This document shows positions 1 through 14,702 of a DNA stretch of 64,000 bases, one piece after another (position 1 is the stretch's first letter; the number at the start of each line of letters is the position of its first letter). Both the position numbers and the translations under genes were made by a program. The stretch is taken from the NCBI RefSeq assembly GCF_009914755.1, contig NC_060946.1, one strand, 5' to 3'. Source of the DNA: the human T2T-CHM13v2.0 reference genome, Homo sapiens. The notes beneath the pieces were generated by a model that searched no databases, was not told the origin of the DNA, and saw only the letters and a program-made list of their open reading frames with translations.

Positions 1-643
1 TTTTTCAAACGAAGATCATTATCATAATAACGAAAGGTGCCATGAAGAAGTGCTAATTGCAATAATTACTAATTTATTAGGGAGTTAGAAGATGGGTCAA
101 GGTTTGTAAATCAGGAAGGAATGTGTTAGACAAGTACGTGAGAAAACATGTAAAGTTAAAGATTCAGAATGTCTGTCTGAGAGCAGTCAGAGAAGAATTG
201 GAAAACAATTGCTTCCACGAGCATCCCCTCCCTGGGACAGCCGCTGAAATCTCAGAGCCCCTGAAAATGCAAAAAATAAATAAATAAATAAATAATATAA
301 TCCAAAAAAAATAACCCAAGATAGCCTGACCCTAGGATCCATCTATCCAGGCTAAAATGGTAGCAATTTAGACACCGAGCTTGCAACACAAGCTAAACCC
401 AAGGACAGACCAGAGGGCCGTTTTCCATTCCCGTTGCTGCCTGCTACCCCAGTGCCCAGAATGGTGTCTCCCAGAGTGGGTGCTTATATGAATAGATGTT
501 CTCATGATTGTTATTTTTGCTAGTGGTATCATTGTAAATGAACGTCAAGCCTGAGGCATTTCATCCAGCCAACCACAGGCTCCGCTCCTCACTCCCCATA
601 GGTTAAGGCCAATGGAGGCTTTCGTTTGTGTGCACTTACACAC

Positions 644-668
644 TGTGTGTGTGTGTGTGTGTGTGTGT
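644..668. repeat. (TG)n microsatellite
   Basis: About 12 TG units read directly. Confidence 0.95.
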
Positions 669-790
669 TTATGTGTATGCCTCCGTATGAAATAGAGATT
701 CAACCCGGTGCTAAATAAACCTGCTAACAATTGGAAAGCCATGTACACTGGTGATTTGTTATGAAATATCCAGTTTGAAACCATGCACTC

Positions 791-1115
<325 letters not shown>

Positions 1116-1698
1116 CTACAAACCATCCATGTTTGTAAAATCTGACAGATGCTTTCTCATCTGTGAATGTGAAGGTTATGGCCTCCGCCCGTCCTGCCTC
1201 ATAAAGATTTCAGGAGGGACCCAGAACCAGAGATGGGAAACAATTTTGAGCAGGTGCAGTGCTAACAGCTCATCTCTGTACGTTAATCCAGCTTCTCCAT
1301 TAACCTCAATCAGGTCCACTGAGTCCCAGGCGCTGCAGGATTGACCTTGACCAGTTCCAGAAGCAGCAAACCTGGGTGTGTGTTGGAAGCAGCCCCAGCC
1401 CTGGATCCTAGATATTCTTACATGTAGGAAAAGCATACAATGCACACAAGAACAGGTCCCAAAGAACCTCCCTCCATTATCCTGAACTGTGAGTGCACCT
1501 GCTTATACCTCTGCCCCTACCAGCCCATGCCTCTAGATCTGCTTTACACCTGCCCAGAGGTTACTGCGCAGCCAGGAAGAGCCATAGCGGCTACCAGATC
1601 AAGGCTCTCTACTTTTTTTATTACGGCAAAGAACATGTGAGATGAGGTCAAGATCTTAAATTTCATCAGGGTATGTCTGGGCGAAAATAACAGCTGGA

Positions 1699-2156
<458 letters not shown>

Positions 2157-2229
2157 AGAAGAAATTTTTATTGCATAAAATGAGAAAGGTGTTCTGGAGA
2201 CACCACCAGGGCAGGGTTGAAAGTCCCTC

Positions 2230-3408
2230 CATAAAGAGATTACCCAAGGTATTAACCGCCCATCTCAGCAGAAGCCAGGAATAGGGATGGGTCATATCTG
2301 CAGAGACTGCCAGCTTGGACCAAAGGGGAAGAGATGGGATGAAATAAAGTAACATTTTTGGACTTCTGGGGCTCTACAGGACAGGACAATAGAATGATGT
2401 GGTGGTGAACATACTTTCTCTTTCAAGAAAAGAGGAAGAATGACTCCAAAGGCAACTTACAGATCGGGGGCTGCCACTTCCACCACAGACCCAGGGAACA
2501 AGGCTGTTTCCTCTTCGTTTCCAGAAGACGCAACTTCCACCCCTGGCTTCCAGTAGACCAGGCAGAACCTGCCTAGTGCCTGAGGGGTAGAGCCACCACA
2601 CAGAGCCCCCAGAGTGGGGCTGCCACAAAGAGACACCTGAGCAGGGTCACCACCCAGGGCTATGCGGTGGGGAGGGGACAACTGCCCCAGTGGGCCCAGA
2701 GTCCCAAAGAATTGTCCAGCCAAAGAATTATTTTTGAGCCTAAAATCCAAAGGACGTTGCCTTGCTAGATCTTGTACTTGCCTGGGACCCATCACCCCTT
2801 TCTTCCTGGTTTTCTCTTTTAGAATGAGAACGTGTCCTATGCCTGTCCCCACATTGTGTTTGGAAGCACGTATGTCTGATTTCATGGGCTTACAGCTAGA
2901 AAGGAATTTTGCCTCAGGAGAAATCATACCTTGAGTCTCACCCCTACATGATTCAAGTGACATTTAGATGAGACTTTAGTCCTCAGAGTTGAGGAATAGT
3001 TAAGACTCTTGGGGCTGTTGAGATGGGGTGAAGGTTTTTGGTTATGTATTGTGTGTGTGTTTTTGGACACGAGGTCTCACGCTGTTACCCAGGCTGGAGT
3101 TCAGCAGCATGATTATAGCTCACTGCGGCCTTGAATTCCTGGGCCCAAGCAATCCTCCTGCCTCAGCCTCCCTAGTAGCTGGGACTACAGGCACACACCC
3201 ACCATGCATGGTAATTTTTTATATTATTATTATTTTTTGTAGTGACAGGGATCTTGCTATGTTGCCCAGGCTGGTCTCGAACTCCTGGCCTCAAGTGATC
3301 TTCCCACCTCAGCCTCCCTAGTAGCTGGGACACAGGCATGCCTGACTGATGAGGTGAAGGTGTTTTTATGTGTTAGGAACATGAGTTTTGATGGGCCAGA
3401 GGATGGCG
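2230..3408 (+). mobile_element. MaLR internal sequence (MLT1A-int-like), interrupted by AluJ
   Basis: Motifs CATCTCAGCAGAAGCCAGGAATAG, CCTATGCCTGTCCC..CATTGT..TTTGGAAGCA and GAATTTTGCCTCAGGA, leading directly into an MLT1A LTR. Confidence 0.75.
3058..3346 (-). mobile_element. AluJ
   Basis: Diverged antisense Alu with J-type diagnostics; degenerate TSD GATG(G/A)GGTGAAGGT. Confidence 0.88.
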
Positions 3409-3512
3409 TGTTATAGACTCAATTGCATCCCTCCAAAATCTGTATGTTGAAGCCCCAACCCTCAATGTGACTGTTTTTAGATGTAGGGCCTTTAAGGAGG
3501 GAATTAAAGTTA

Positions 3513-4207
<695 letters not shown>

Positions 4208-4406
4208 CTCTCTCTGGGCACTCACAGAGGAAAGGCCATGTGAGGACGAAGCGAGACAGCGAACTGTCTGCAAGCCAGAAAGACCTCACTAGAAACCAAT
4301 CCTGATGACCCCTTGATCTTGGACTTCCACCTTCTAAATGAACTTCTGTTGTTTAAGCCACAAAGCCCGTGGTATTTTGTTACGGCAGCCCTAGCAGACG
4401 AATACA

Positions 4407-4530
4407 TCTCACTTTTGGATGAGGAAACTGAGGCACAGAGAGATTGGGTAACTCATCCACTGGTACTCAGTAGCGTGTGGAACCACCCTTCAGCTTCAGG
4501 CAGCCTGGCTCCAGAGCTCCTGCCTGCTCA
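4407..4530 (-). mobile_element. MIR
   Basis: GATGAGGAAACTGAGGCACAGAGAG core and CCTGGCTCCAGAGC. Confidence 0.8.
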
Positions 4531-5565
4531 TATCACTAGAGAATAAGAGAAAACAGCCGAGTGGAAAGATCCTAGGCCTTCATGGTACTCCGCAGCCCAC
4601 CCCACCCTTCTGCCCCCTTGGAACTGTGTTCCCAGTCCTGGCTCTAGGTGTTGGTTATGGTTCTGTCTCCCCTGCCACCTGGAGCCACCCGCTGTGGTCT
4701 CTCTGTAACTGTCTTGACACCAGCATTCAATCAACGCTTGCTGGACTAATAATTCCCCAGAGTAATGAGCTCTGCTCTCCTCTGGGCCCAGCCACAGTTG
4801 GTTTTGCTCCCTCTACCTCGTGCCATCGTCATCTGGGTCTGTTGTCTGGCTGTCTCACCCAGAAAAGCTCCCTGGGGTTAAGGACAGCGTCCTATCCACA
4901 CCTGTTTCCCACAGAGCTCAGCCCCAGACACTGCTGTGGGCCACCCTCTAAGCCCTGTTGGACTGGCCTGAGTGAAGAGGGGGCTGGGGAGGAGTCCTAG
5001 GTGTGGACACATTTGCGGTGCTGAGTGTGGAAGTGGCATCTGACTTTTAGAGTCTGAGGGATAAAAATACCTCCGAGAAGAACATGAGGCAGATAGAATA
5101 CAAACAGTTTATCTTCCCTTGTCCAGGTGACCAAGGGTGATCGAACTGAACTGTGTCACTCGGCCACCCAGGGGCATGAGCCAAATTTAAGTGGAACCAC
5201 CTGCCTTGTGCCCCAGGTCCCCAGCCACACCCTACACCCACTCTGGACCTCTGCTTAATGGATCTTCCAGGGCTTGTTTGTAAATTACTTTGTGGGTGTG
5301 GACTAAGGTGTCCTCGGTATACAGTAGGCATTCAATATGTGCTGGTCCGTGGTTGACTTAGTGCACAACCCTATTGGGATAAGTAGAGAAGAGGGAGACT
5401 GGACCCCACCTCAGGTGCATGTCACCTGCCTTCGTCACCTCCACCCGGTTCTCTGAGTCCCTGGTCCTGACAAAGCTTCCCATGTTTAAGCCAGAGAAAG
5501 CCATCCAGTGTGTCCAGAGAGCAGCAGGGACTCCTCTCAGTGTCCTGCCCCCTGCTTGCTCGCTC

Positions 5566-5606
5566 TTTCTCTCTCTACACACACACGCGCACACACACAC
5601 ACACAC
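5566..5606. repeat. (CT)n(CA)n microsatellite
   Basis: Read directly. Confidence 0.85.
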
Positions 5607-6767
5607 CCTGACTCAAGTGGAGACATCTTCCAATGTAATCCGATTAAACTCTCAAAGTTAGAAGCGATTGTCAAAGTCATCTTGCTCATTCTCTCAGTTT
5701 ATAGATGAAGAAAGGTTGGTTCAGAGAACTTCAATTACATCTCAAGTCAGAGGCAGGAGGGGGATTTTAACCTCAACCTCTCCTCTCCTTTCCCGAGACA
5801 GAGACAGCACCCAAGAGGCATGCACGCCACCCTGCTTCTCCCGCTCCCAAGACATGAATAATCAATCATGGCTCTCTTCCTGGCTGAGCCTGAACATGGT
5901 CCACAAATCCTTATCGACACAGCTTTCCAGGCAGCCACTACCAAATGGTCAACTTGGATTGGACCCCCCACCTTCCTAGCTGTCCCCGGAGCATGTACTG
6001 CCCCGGGGTACCTGAGTGTCTGCAATGTCAGCCACAGCCAGAGAACCCTTGGGCTCAGCACAACATTGGAGACTTCAGGAGAGAAACCGCCTGGAGGGTC
6101 CTCTGCCATAGACAAGGGTACAGTTCTGGGACTCCATCTCTTCTCTTTGAAGGTGTGTTGTTTTTGTTTTTGTTTTTTTTTTAGAGAGCAGTGGCTCTCA
6201 CACTGTTTGACCTGGACCCACAGTAAGAAACAAATTGTACATAGAAGCCCAGGACCCACACCTCGTATGCACATACCTGCAACTGAATGAATTTTGTGGA
6301 ATAAATATCTATGCATTGTGATCGTTTCTATTCTATCTTTTATACATTGATCTCAACCACCAAATTGATTTCATGCCCCACACATGAAATCAGTGGTGTG
6401 AAAAACCACAGCCAACCCTAAATGGTCGCTCATGTATCCAGTGTCTTTATATTCCTGGACTTCTCTTTCCATAAAACTCTCCCATTTCCTTCCCTGATAA
6501 AACAAGGGATGGTGCAGAAGTAACCAATGTAACCAGGGAGTAGCTGACTGCTGTGGTGCCTCCACCCAAAAAAGTCAGTAAAACCCAGGAAGCACTAATA
6601 ATACTGGGTAGACCCGCAATGCCAGCTGGTGAAGGGACTCAACCCTCCCCAGAAGATGTTATTCATGAGATCCAGGGATCCAGGACAGGGCATGGCCCTT
6701 CAGACTTTGAAAATGTCCCAAGTAATTCTCACCTTCAACTTGTAACTGGGAATCACTGATCTCATCC

Positions 6768-7107
<340 letters not shown>

Positions 7108-7302
7108 TGAGGCACAGAGGAACAACCATTGGTCAATGATCTTAGGGATCCACGGGCTAAGCTGGGACTACTCGAAGTCATAGTGTCAGAGACTTGAAGC
7201 TCTTGGGGACTTCCTTTATTTTATACCTGGGAGACTGAGGCCCAAGGAGGGGAGGTGAGCACCTGATAAGACACAGTCGACAGGAGATTGGGACATGGCA
7301 CC

Positions 7303-7497
7303 TGCAGTGGGTTGAATAGTGGCTCTCCAAAGGATGTGTCCACATCTGAACTCCTGAAATCTGTGAATGTGACCTTATGTGGAAAGAGTATCTTGACTTC
7401 AGAATTCTAGCCTCCAGGACTGTGCAAGAATATATTTCTGCTGTTTTAAACCAAGTTTCTGGTCACTTATCAACGGCAGCCCCAGGAAACTAGTACA
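7303..7497 (+). mobile_element. MLT1C/D-type LTR with large internal deletion
   Basis: 5' end TGCAGTGGGTTGAATAGTGG..TGTGAATGTGACCTTAT joined to 3' end CTAGCCTCCAGGACTGTG..GGAAACTAGTACA. Confidence 0.75.
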
Positions 7498-7523
7498 CAC
7501 CCAAAACAAAAGTTCAGATAGTC

Positions 7524-8288
7524 ATGGAATTCAGGTGGTCTAATGGATTCAGGCATTCTAATGGATTCAGGCATTCTAATGGAATCAGGTATTCTAATGG
7601 GATTCTGGTGTTCTAATAGAGGCAGGCATTCTAATTGAATTCAGGTGTTCTAATGGTTGTTATTCTAATGGAATTCAGGTGTTCTAATGGAGTCAGGCAT
7701 TCTCATGGAATTCAGGTGTTCTAATGGAGTCAGGTATTCTAATCGTTCAGATATTCTGATGGATTCAGGCATTCTAATGGAATTCAGGCATTCTAATGGT
7801 TCAGTTATTCTAATGGAATTCAGGTGTTCTAATGGAGTCAGGCATTCTAATGGAATTCAGGTATTCTAATGGATTCAGGTGGTCTAATAGAATTCAGATA
7901 TTCTAATGGCTCAGGTATGGAATTCAGGTATTCTAATGGTTCAGGTATGGAATTCAGGTAGTCTAATAGGATTCAGGTGATCTAATGGATTCAGGCATTT
8001 TAATGGATCCAGGTATTTCAATAGAATGCAGGTATTCTAATAGATTCAGGTATTCTAATGGATTCAGGTGGTCTAATAGAATTCAGTATTCTAATGGATT
8101 CAGGTATGGAATTCAGGTAGTCTAATGGGATTCAGGTGATCTAATGGATTCAGGCATTTTAATGGATTCAGGTATTTCAATAGAATTCAGGTATTCTAAT
8201 GGATTCAGGTATTCCAATGGATTCAGGTGGTCTAATAGAATTCAGGTACTCTAATGGATTCAGGAAAATAGAATTCAGGTATCATAAT
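7524..8288. repeat. Minisatellite, 18/19-bp unit (ATGG(A)ATTCAGGYRTTCTA)
   Basis: Dozens of diverged tandem units; higher-order block recurs at 7871, 8060 and 8219. Confidence 0.95.
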
Positions 8289-8289
8289 G

Positions 8290-8470
8290 TTGGACTCCTG
8301 TCATGGGCCAGGTGCTGTACTAAGGATTAACACTAAGGATATTTCTCATGATGACACCAACAAGGCCCACCAGGTACAGCTGTTATCCTGACAGTACACA
8401 AGTGTTAATTTGCTGAAGGCCAAAAGCTAGTGCTACACAGCCAGGACTGGAAGCCCGCACATCCTATCCA
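8290..8470 (-). mobile_element. MIR
   Basis: Degenerate GCCAGGTGCTGTACTAAG...AAGGCC..AGCTAGT...GCCAGGAC. Confidence 0.55.
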
Positions 8471-8651
8471 CCCCTTCTTTTCCAGGTCTTTCTGACAGGC
8501 TGCAGGTGGGGCAGGTCTCTTTCAGGAGAATAAGGGCTTATGATTCTAGGTTCCCACCACGTGGGCAAGTATTGCTAAACCTGACATTAGCAACAAACTC
8601 CAAGACTCATGATCAAAATTTGAGGAGTAGCCCTGAAGTACAAAATAGAAC

Positions 8652-8948
8652 TTTTTTTTTGAGACAGGGTCTCACTCTGTAGCTCAGGCTGGAGTGCGGT
8701 AGTGTGATCTTGGCTCACAGCAGCCTCCATCTCCCTGGCTCAAGTGATCCTATCACCTCAGCTTCCCAGGTACCTGGGACTACAGGCATGTGTCACCACA
8801 CCCAGCCAGTTTTTTTATTATTATTTTTTGCAGAGATGGGGTTTTGCCACATGGTCCAGGCTGGTCTTGAACCCCTGGGCTCAACCAGTCCTCCCACCTT
8901 GGCTTCCCAAAGTACTGGGATTATAGGCGTGAGCCATTGTGCCTGGCC
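8652..8948 (-). mobile_element. AluJ
   Basis: Antisense dimer with J diagnostics; TSD AATAGAAC. Confidence 0.9.
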
Positions 8949-9531
8949 AATAGAACATTTTAAAAGGAGAATCATATTACAGAGTTGTTGGGGATTTTTT
9001 TCCTTACTCAAGATGAACGGGAAGGGATATATTCTCTGTGCTATATTCAGTAGAGAGGAAAGAACTTTTGTTTATTTTATTAAAAGAAATGAGAGCAAAG
9101 ATGTTTGGCAGTTCTTAAGTTATTTAAAGCCCTAGCTTCAGCTTAATATTCCCTGAATGGTATTAGGATATGTGATACATAGTCAGAGAGGAGAGAAACC
9201 ACAAAGTGGAAATCAGTCGACTTTCCACTTAACCACAAGAAGCAGCTGGTGTTAAGAAGTTTATAAGCCAGATGAGGGGTTGATGGGCATCCCAGGAGAG
9301 GCACGTTGTGAAGATGTCTGAGAGAAGACCTGGGATAGAAGAATCACAAAACCAACCTCAAGGATGAAGGGCTGCCAGGGGAGGCCAGATCTGAAGTGGT
9401 TCTCACCCCTCACTGATCATAGGGAAGGAGCCCTCAGACCCACAGGCAGCTTCTGGTACGAGGTGACTGAGCCTGGTCACAACTCACCTTTGGGTGGCAC
9501 TTCTATGCTTTAAGAAGTATGCATACTTTAA

Positions 9532-9675
9532 GACTGGGCGAGAGGGATCATGCCTGTAATCTCAGCACTTTGGGAGGCCGAGGCAGGTGGATTGCTTAAG
9601 CCCAGGAGTTTGAGGCCAGCCTGGGCAACATAGTGAGACCCCTTCTCTTATAATTTTAAAAACTATATTAAAAAA
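9532..9675 (+). mobile_element. FLAM / free left Alu monomer
   Basis: Single monomer ending CTGGGCAACATAGTGAGACCCC plus A-rich tail. Confidence 0.8.
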
Positions 9676-10346
9676 GGAAGTACTTTAACATCTTTCTTGT
9701 TTAGCTCACAAAAAAAGTCCTATAAGGAGATGGGAAGTGTTATCATTGATATTTTACTGGAAAAACCCCACTGAGGTTCAAATTAAGTGTGATTTACCAA
9801 AAGTCTTATTCTAAATGGGTGATGGTAGGAGGTATTGTGTGAATTCCAGCCCTGAGAGTGCTCAAGAGCATCAAATCCCTCACTAACAGTCAGCCGAACA
9901 TCTAGCTGTTCTCAAGGCGTTCAAACTTTAAATCTCACCAAAGCAGATTCCCTGCAGAGAAAACATCACACAGAAGTAAGGTTTTCTTAACCTATCACCG
10001 CGTTTCTCCCAGCCACAGAGGCAGATACGCCCTACGCATCTGACAGGTCAGACTACTCACAGCTTTCATTTTTATTCCTGCCATGCCCTGACTTAGAGAC
10101 GCAGTTTCCCCATCTGGAAATAGAAGGGATGATGGGATGATCTTAAGGATCCTGAAAAGTCTTCCCAGCTCTAGAACTCCAGACTGAGCAGATCCACCCT
10201 GGGGACCCTGGCTCCACCGGTGGACGACATGGGCAAGAAGGCTCTGCATTCAAAGACTTTACATGGAAAGGGCGCGCGCTGTAATGCCTCGTATGGTCCT
10301 TCATAAGCGAAGACGACATGACTCACTCGCTGACCCTCTCCCTTGA

Positions 10347-10824
<478 letters not shown>

Positions 10825-11029
10825 TGAGAAAGGAGGGAGGCAGGGTGCGTGCAAGGTAGCAGACACCCTTTGAGTAGCTGGGACGCTGTCGGTGTGCAGC
10901 GTGCACATCGGGCGTTGCCTTTGCCAACAGTGATGGGGTTTCGCCATGTGGTCCAGGCTGGTCCACCTAAGGCAGTGGGCCAGGGGTTTTGATTCATCCT
11001 CTCCCTACAGCCCCCGCCCCCAGGTCAGC

Positions 11030-11125
11030 AGTCTTATCCCTACTTTATAAATGATGAAACAGAGGCTCAAAGACATCTTTGGCCAAGGCCACACAGCAGT
11101 ACATGGTGGTGCCAGGATGTGCCCT
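11030..11125 (-). mobile_element. MIR
   Basis: ATGATGAAACAGAGGCTCA...CCAAGGCCACACAGC. Confidence 0.7.
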
Positions 11126-13129
11126 CCTGGGGGGCAGCGTGGGGTAGCGATGAGGCACTGCCTTCAGAGGCCAAGTCCTGCCAGTGGCAGGGGCCTGGAA
11201 GTGATGTGCCCTGGAGCGTCATGTGGGCCCCATCACTGGCCCCTACTGGGACCAGTCTGCACACTGGCTAGCAGACTGGCTGGCCTTTCCCTGACCACCC
11301 TTGCCTCTGAAGTGAGGTGGGTGATAATGCCGCCGTCTCCCACCCACAGATGACAGCGAGCACTGAAGTGAAATAGAACTTTGGAAACCAAGAGGTCCTA
11401 AGACAGCAGTGACCTCATTTTTGCTAAAGTCCCCAATACTGCTGTGAGGCAGGGAGCCTGGAATCCTCATTTCCTTCTTCAGGTGAGGGCACAGAGGCCG
11501 CACAACGCCAAGACTTGTTTGCTGTGGGCTGATGGTGGGACCGGGCCTGGGGTCTAGACCCAGGCCCACACACTGGTTCCCCTCCCAGTGAGGTGGGCAA
11601 ACTGGGCCAGCCCCAAAGTCCCTGTCTGCAACACTGAACTAAGCGGGCAACGGTACCTATAGGGACTCCTTAAAATGCTAGCTCTGTTTCCCTTTTTGGA
11701 AAAGGACCACTGAAGCCCATGGCAGCCAAAAATCTCAAGCAGACCCTGAGTCCATGCCCTGATGCTCTGGAAGGGGAAGGAAATAGAGCCAAGAGCTGGA
11801 ACCTGGTCAGCTTAAGGCCACAGCGCCCTAAGAAAGGTTCTGTGTTCATGGGCATGTGTGAGGACTGTGTCCTGACCAGCCCCCATGGGACCTCACACTG
11901 TGCATCTCACTTGGCATCTGGGGAGCCAAGGGCCACACCCGCCCAGGGCTACACAGCAACTGGGGTGGGAACTCCCTTCGCCAGGCGCCAAGCCCAGCGC
12001 TCTTTCTGCTCGGTCCGTAGAGGGAAAGGCATTTGTTCCAGAAAGTCAGCCTCCTGTACACATTCCGCAAATCTCCCAAATGGAAGTCAGAACATCGCAA
12101 TCACAGGCAGTCCCCCTCCAGCCACACCGCGCAGCCTCTGTGGAATCTGAGGCTGCTTAGAAGAACGGTTCTCAGCTGGTGCATGCTGGCTGCCATCCAA
12201 GGCCCACCCATGAATAGCCTTGATCTTGGGCAACACTGAGATGCTTTTTTCCTTTTTGGCCGCAGATGCTTGTGACACCGGCAAGTTGCCTGGCAGCGCC
12301 TCCTGGGTCTCCATGACCTGGTGCGGTTTGGAGACCAGCGAACTCTCCAATCCGCAGGGAGACCCGTTTCCCTTGGGAACAGGCGTGCTCGTCCACCCCC
12401 CGCCCACTTCTCTTTCATGTAGTCACTTCTAGCAGAGGAAGCGGCCGGTCCCTGTGCCCTGTCCAGACAGGCCAGTGTCCAAAGCTGGCCCCCAGGGTGT
12501 GCTCTGCATGGCTTTTAGTCTGGAATGTTCGTGGAGACAGCCCACGTGCCTTGCTGGGTTTGAGCCTCACATGGACCTGATGGAGACAGAGCCGGAGGGT
12601 CCTGTGGTCCTTGCTCTTTGGGTAAGGACACCAGGCTCGAGTAGGTGAAAAGGATTTGCCACAGGTCCCGGCAGGTAGGAGGTGCAGCTTGGAACCACCC
12701 TGAGCTTCTGCTGATTCAAGGCCCATTAAATACTTCCCACCAAGGCAGCGGGACTGACCCCAAGCCAGGCGCTCTCCTGTCTCTGCACCCACCTTGCTGG
12801 GTGACTTTAGACCTGCTCCCTTCCTTCTCTGGGACTGTAATATGAGGAGAAAGGAAGCGTGTTTCCACCAGATCGAGGTTAGGGACTGTGGGAGGAGACA
12901 CGACTCACAGTCAGCACCACAGGGCGCTGTGGGGCGGGTGCTCCTGGTTGTAGTGTCTGCCACCCCCTCGTGCTCCCTCATTTCCTCTTGAGGAGTCACC
13001 AGTGGTCTCCATTCACGTGTCAGGCCTGCCTGCCCTGAGCTCTCAGCGGGGACCCAGGGACAGCGCCCTCCCCCACACACTCTGTGGCTCCTTCTCAGAC
13101 CCCTGAACACTTGGGCCTGGGACCTCTTA

Positions 13130-13278
13130 CCCTACACCCTCTCCCTAGGGGATCACAGCTCAGCCAAGGCTTCGATGGTCAGTCTCACACCAGCTGCCTC
13201 CAATCACCAGGCCAACTTTTCATCTCTGCTGGGATGTCCTGAGGGACCTCAACAGCAGCACATCCAAAAACAGTCTCT
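13130..13278 (+). mobile_element. L2 fragment (continues at ~15587-15690 and ~16015-16500)
   Basis: CTACACCCTCTCCCTAGGGGATC...GGGATGTCC..GGGACCTCAA...CATCCAAAA resembles L2; collinear continuation after the VNTR and MLT1A0. Confidence 0.6.
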
Positions 13279-14702
13279 TTCCATTGTGACAACATTCCAT
13301 TGGTGGATGATAGTGTTCCATTGGTGTCAGCGTTTCATGAGAGGGTGACAGCATTCCACTGGCGGGTGACTGTTCCATGAGAGGGTGACAGTATTCCATT
13401 GGTGGGTGACTGTTCCATGAGAGGGTGACAGTATTCCATTGGTGGGTGACTGTTCCATGAGAGGGTGATAGTATTCCATTCGTGGGTGACTGTTCCATGA
13501 GAGGGTGACAGTATTCCATCGGTGGGTGACTGCTCCATGAAAGGGTGACAGCATTCCAATGGCAGGTGACTATTCCATGAGAGGGTGACAGTGTTCCATT
13601 GGCGGGTGAGTGTTCCATGAGAGGGTGACAGTGTTCCATTGGTGGGTGACTGTTCCATGAGAGGGTGACAGCATTCCATTGGCAGGTGACTGTTCCATGA
13701 GAGGGTGACAGTGTTCCATTGGCGGGTGACTGTTCCATGAGAGGGTGACAGTGTTGCATTGGCAGGTGACTGTTCCATGAAAGGGTGGCAGCATTCCATT
13801 GGTGGGTGACAGTGTTCCATTGGTGGGTGACAGTGTTCCATTGGTGGGTGGCAGTGTTCCATTGGTGGGTGACAGCGTTCCATTGCTGGGTGACTGTTCC
13901 ATGAGAGGGTGAGAGCGTTCCATTGCTGGGTGACTGTTCCATGAGAGGGTGACAGCGTTCCATTGGCAGGTGACAGTGTTCCATTGGTGGGAGACACTGT
14001 TGCATGCAGATGACAGCATTCCATTGGCAGGTGACAGTGTTCCATTGGTGGGAGACACTGTTGCATGCAGATGACAGCATTCCATTGGTGGGTGACTGTT
14101 CCATGAGAGGGTGACAGCGTTCCATTGGCAGGTGACAGTGTTCCATTGGTGGGAGACACTGTTGCATGCAGATGAGAGCATTCCATTGGTGGGTGACTGT
14201 TCCATGAGAGGGTGACAGTGTTCTGTTAGCAGGTGACAGCGTTCCATTGGCAGGTGACAGTGTTCCATTGGTGGGAGACACTGTTGCATGCAGATGACAG
14301 CATTCCATTGGTGGGTGACTGTTCCATGAGAGGGTGACAGTGTTCTGTTAGCAGGTGACAGTGTTCCATTGGCAGGTGACGGTGTTCCACTGGTGGGTGA
14401 CAGTGTTCCATGAGAGAGTGACAGCATTCTATTGGTGAGTGATAGTGTTCCATTGGTGGGAGACACTGTTCCATGGGGATGACAGCATTCCATTGGTGGA
14501 TGACAGTTTCTATGGGAGGGTGACAGTGTTCCATGGGGGTGACAGCATTCCATGGGAAGGTGACAGTGTTCCATGGGGGTGATAGTGTTCCATTGGTGGG
14601 TGACAGTTTCTATGGGAGGGTGTCAGTGTTCCATGGGAGGGTGACAGTGTTCCATTGATGGGTGACACTGTTCCATAGGGGTGACAGCATTCCACTGGTG
14701 GG
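13279..14702. repeat. Minisatellite, 40-bp unit built from 19/21-bp monomers (GAGGGTGACAGTRTTCCATTGGYRGGTGACTGTTCCATGA)
   Basis: 11 exact-period 40-bp units at 13341-13780, then 21-bp monomers, longer composite blocks and degenerate 20/21-mers. Confidence 0.97.

Noticed and set aside
2457-2963. 168-aa minus-strand ORF
   Set aside because: Antisense to decayed MaLR internal sequence
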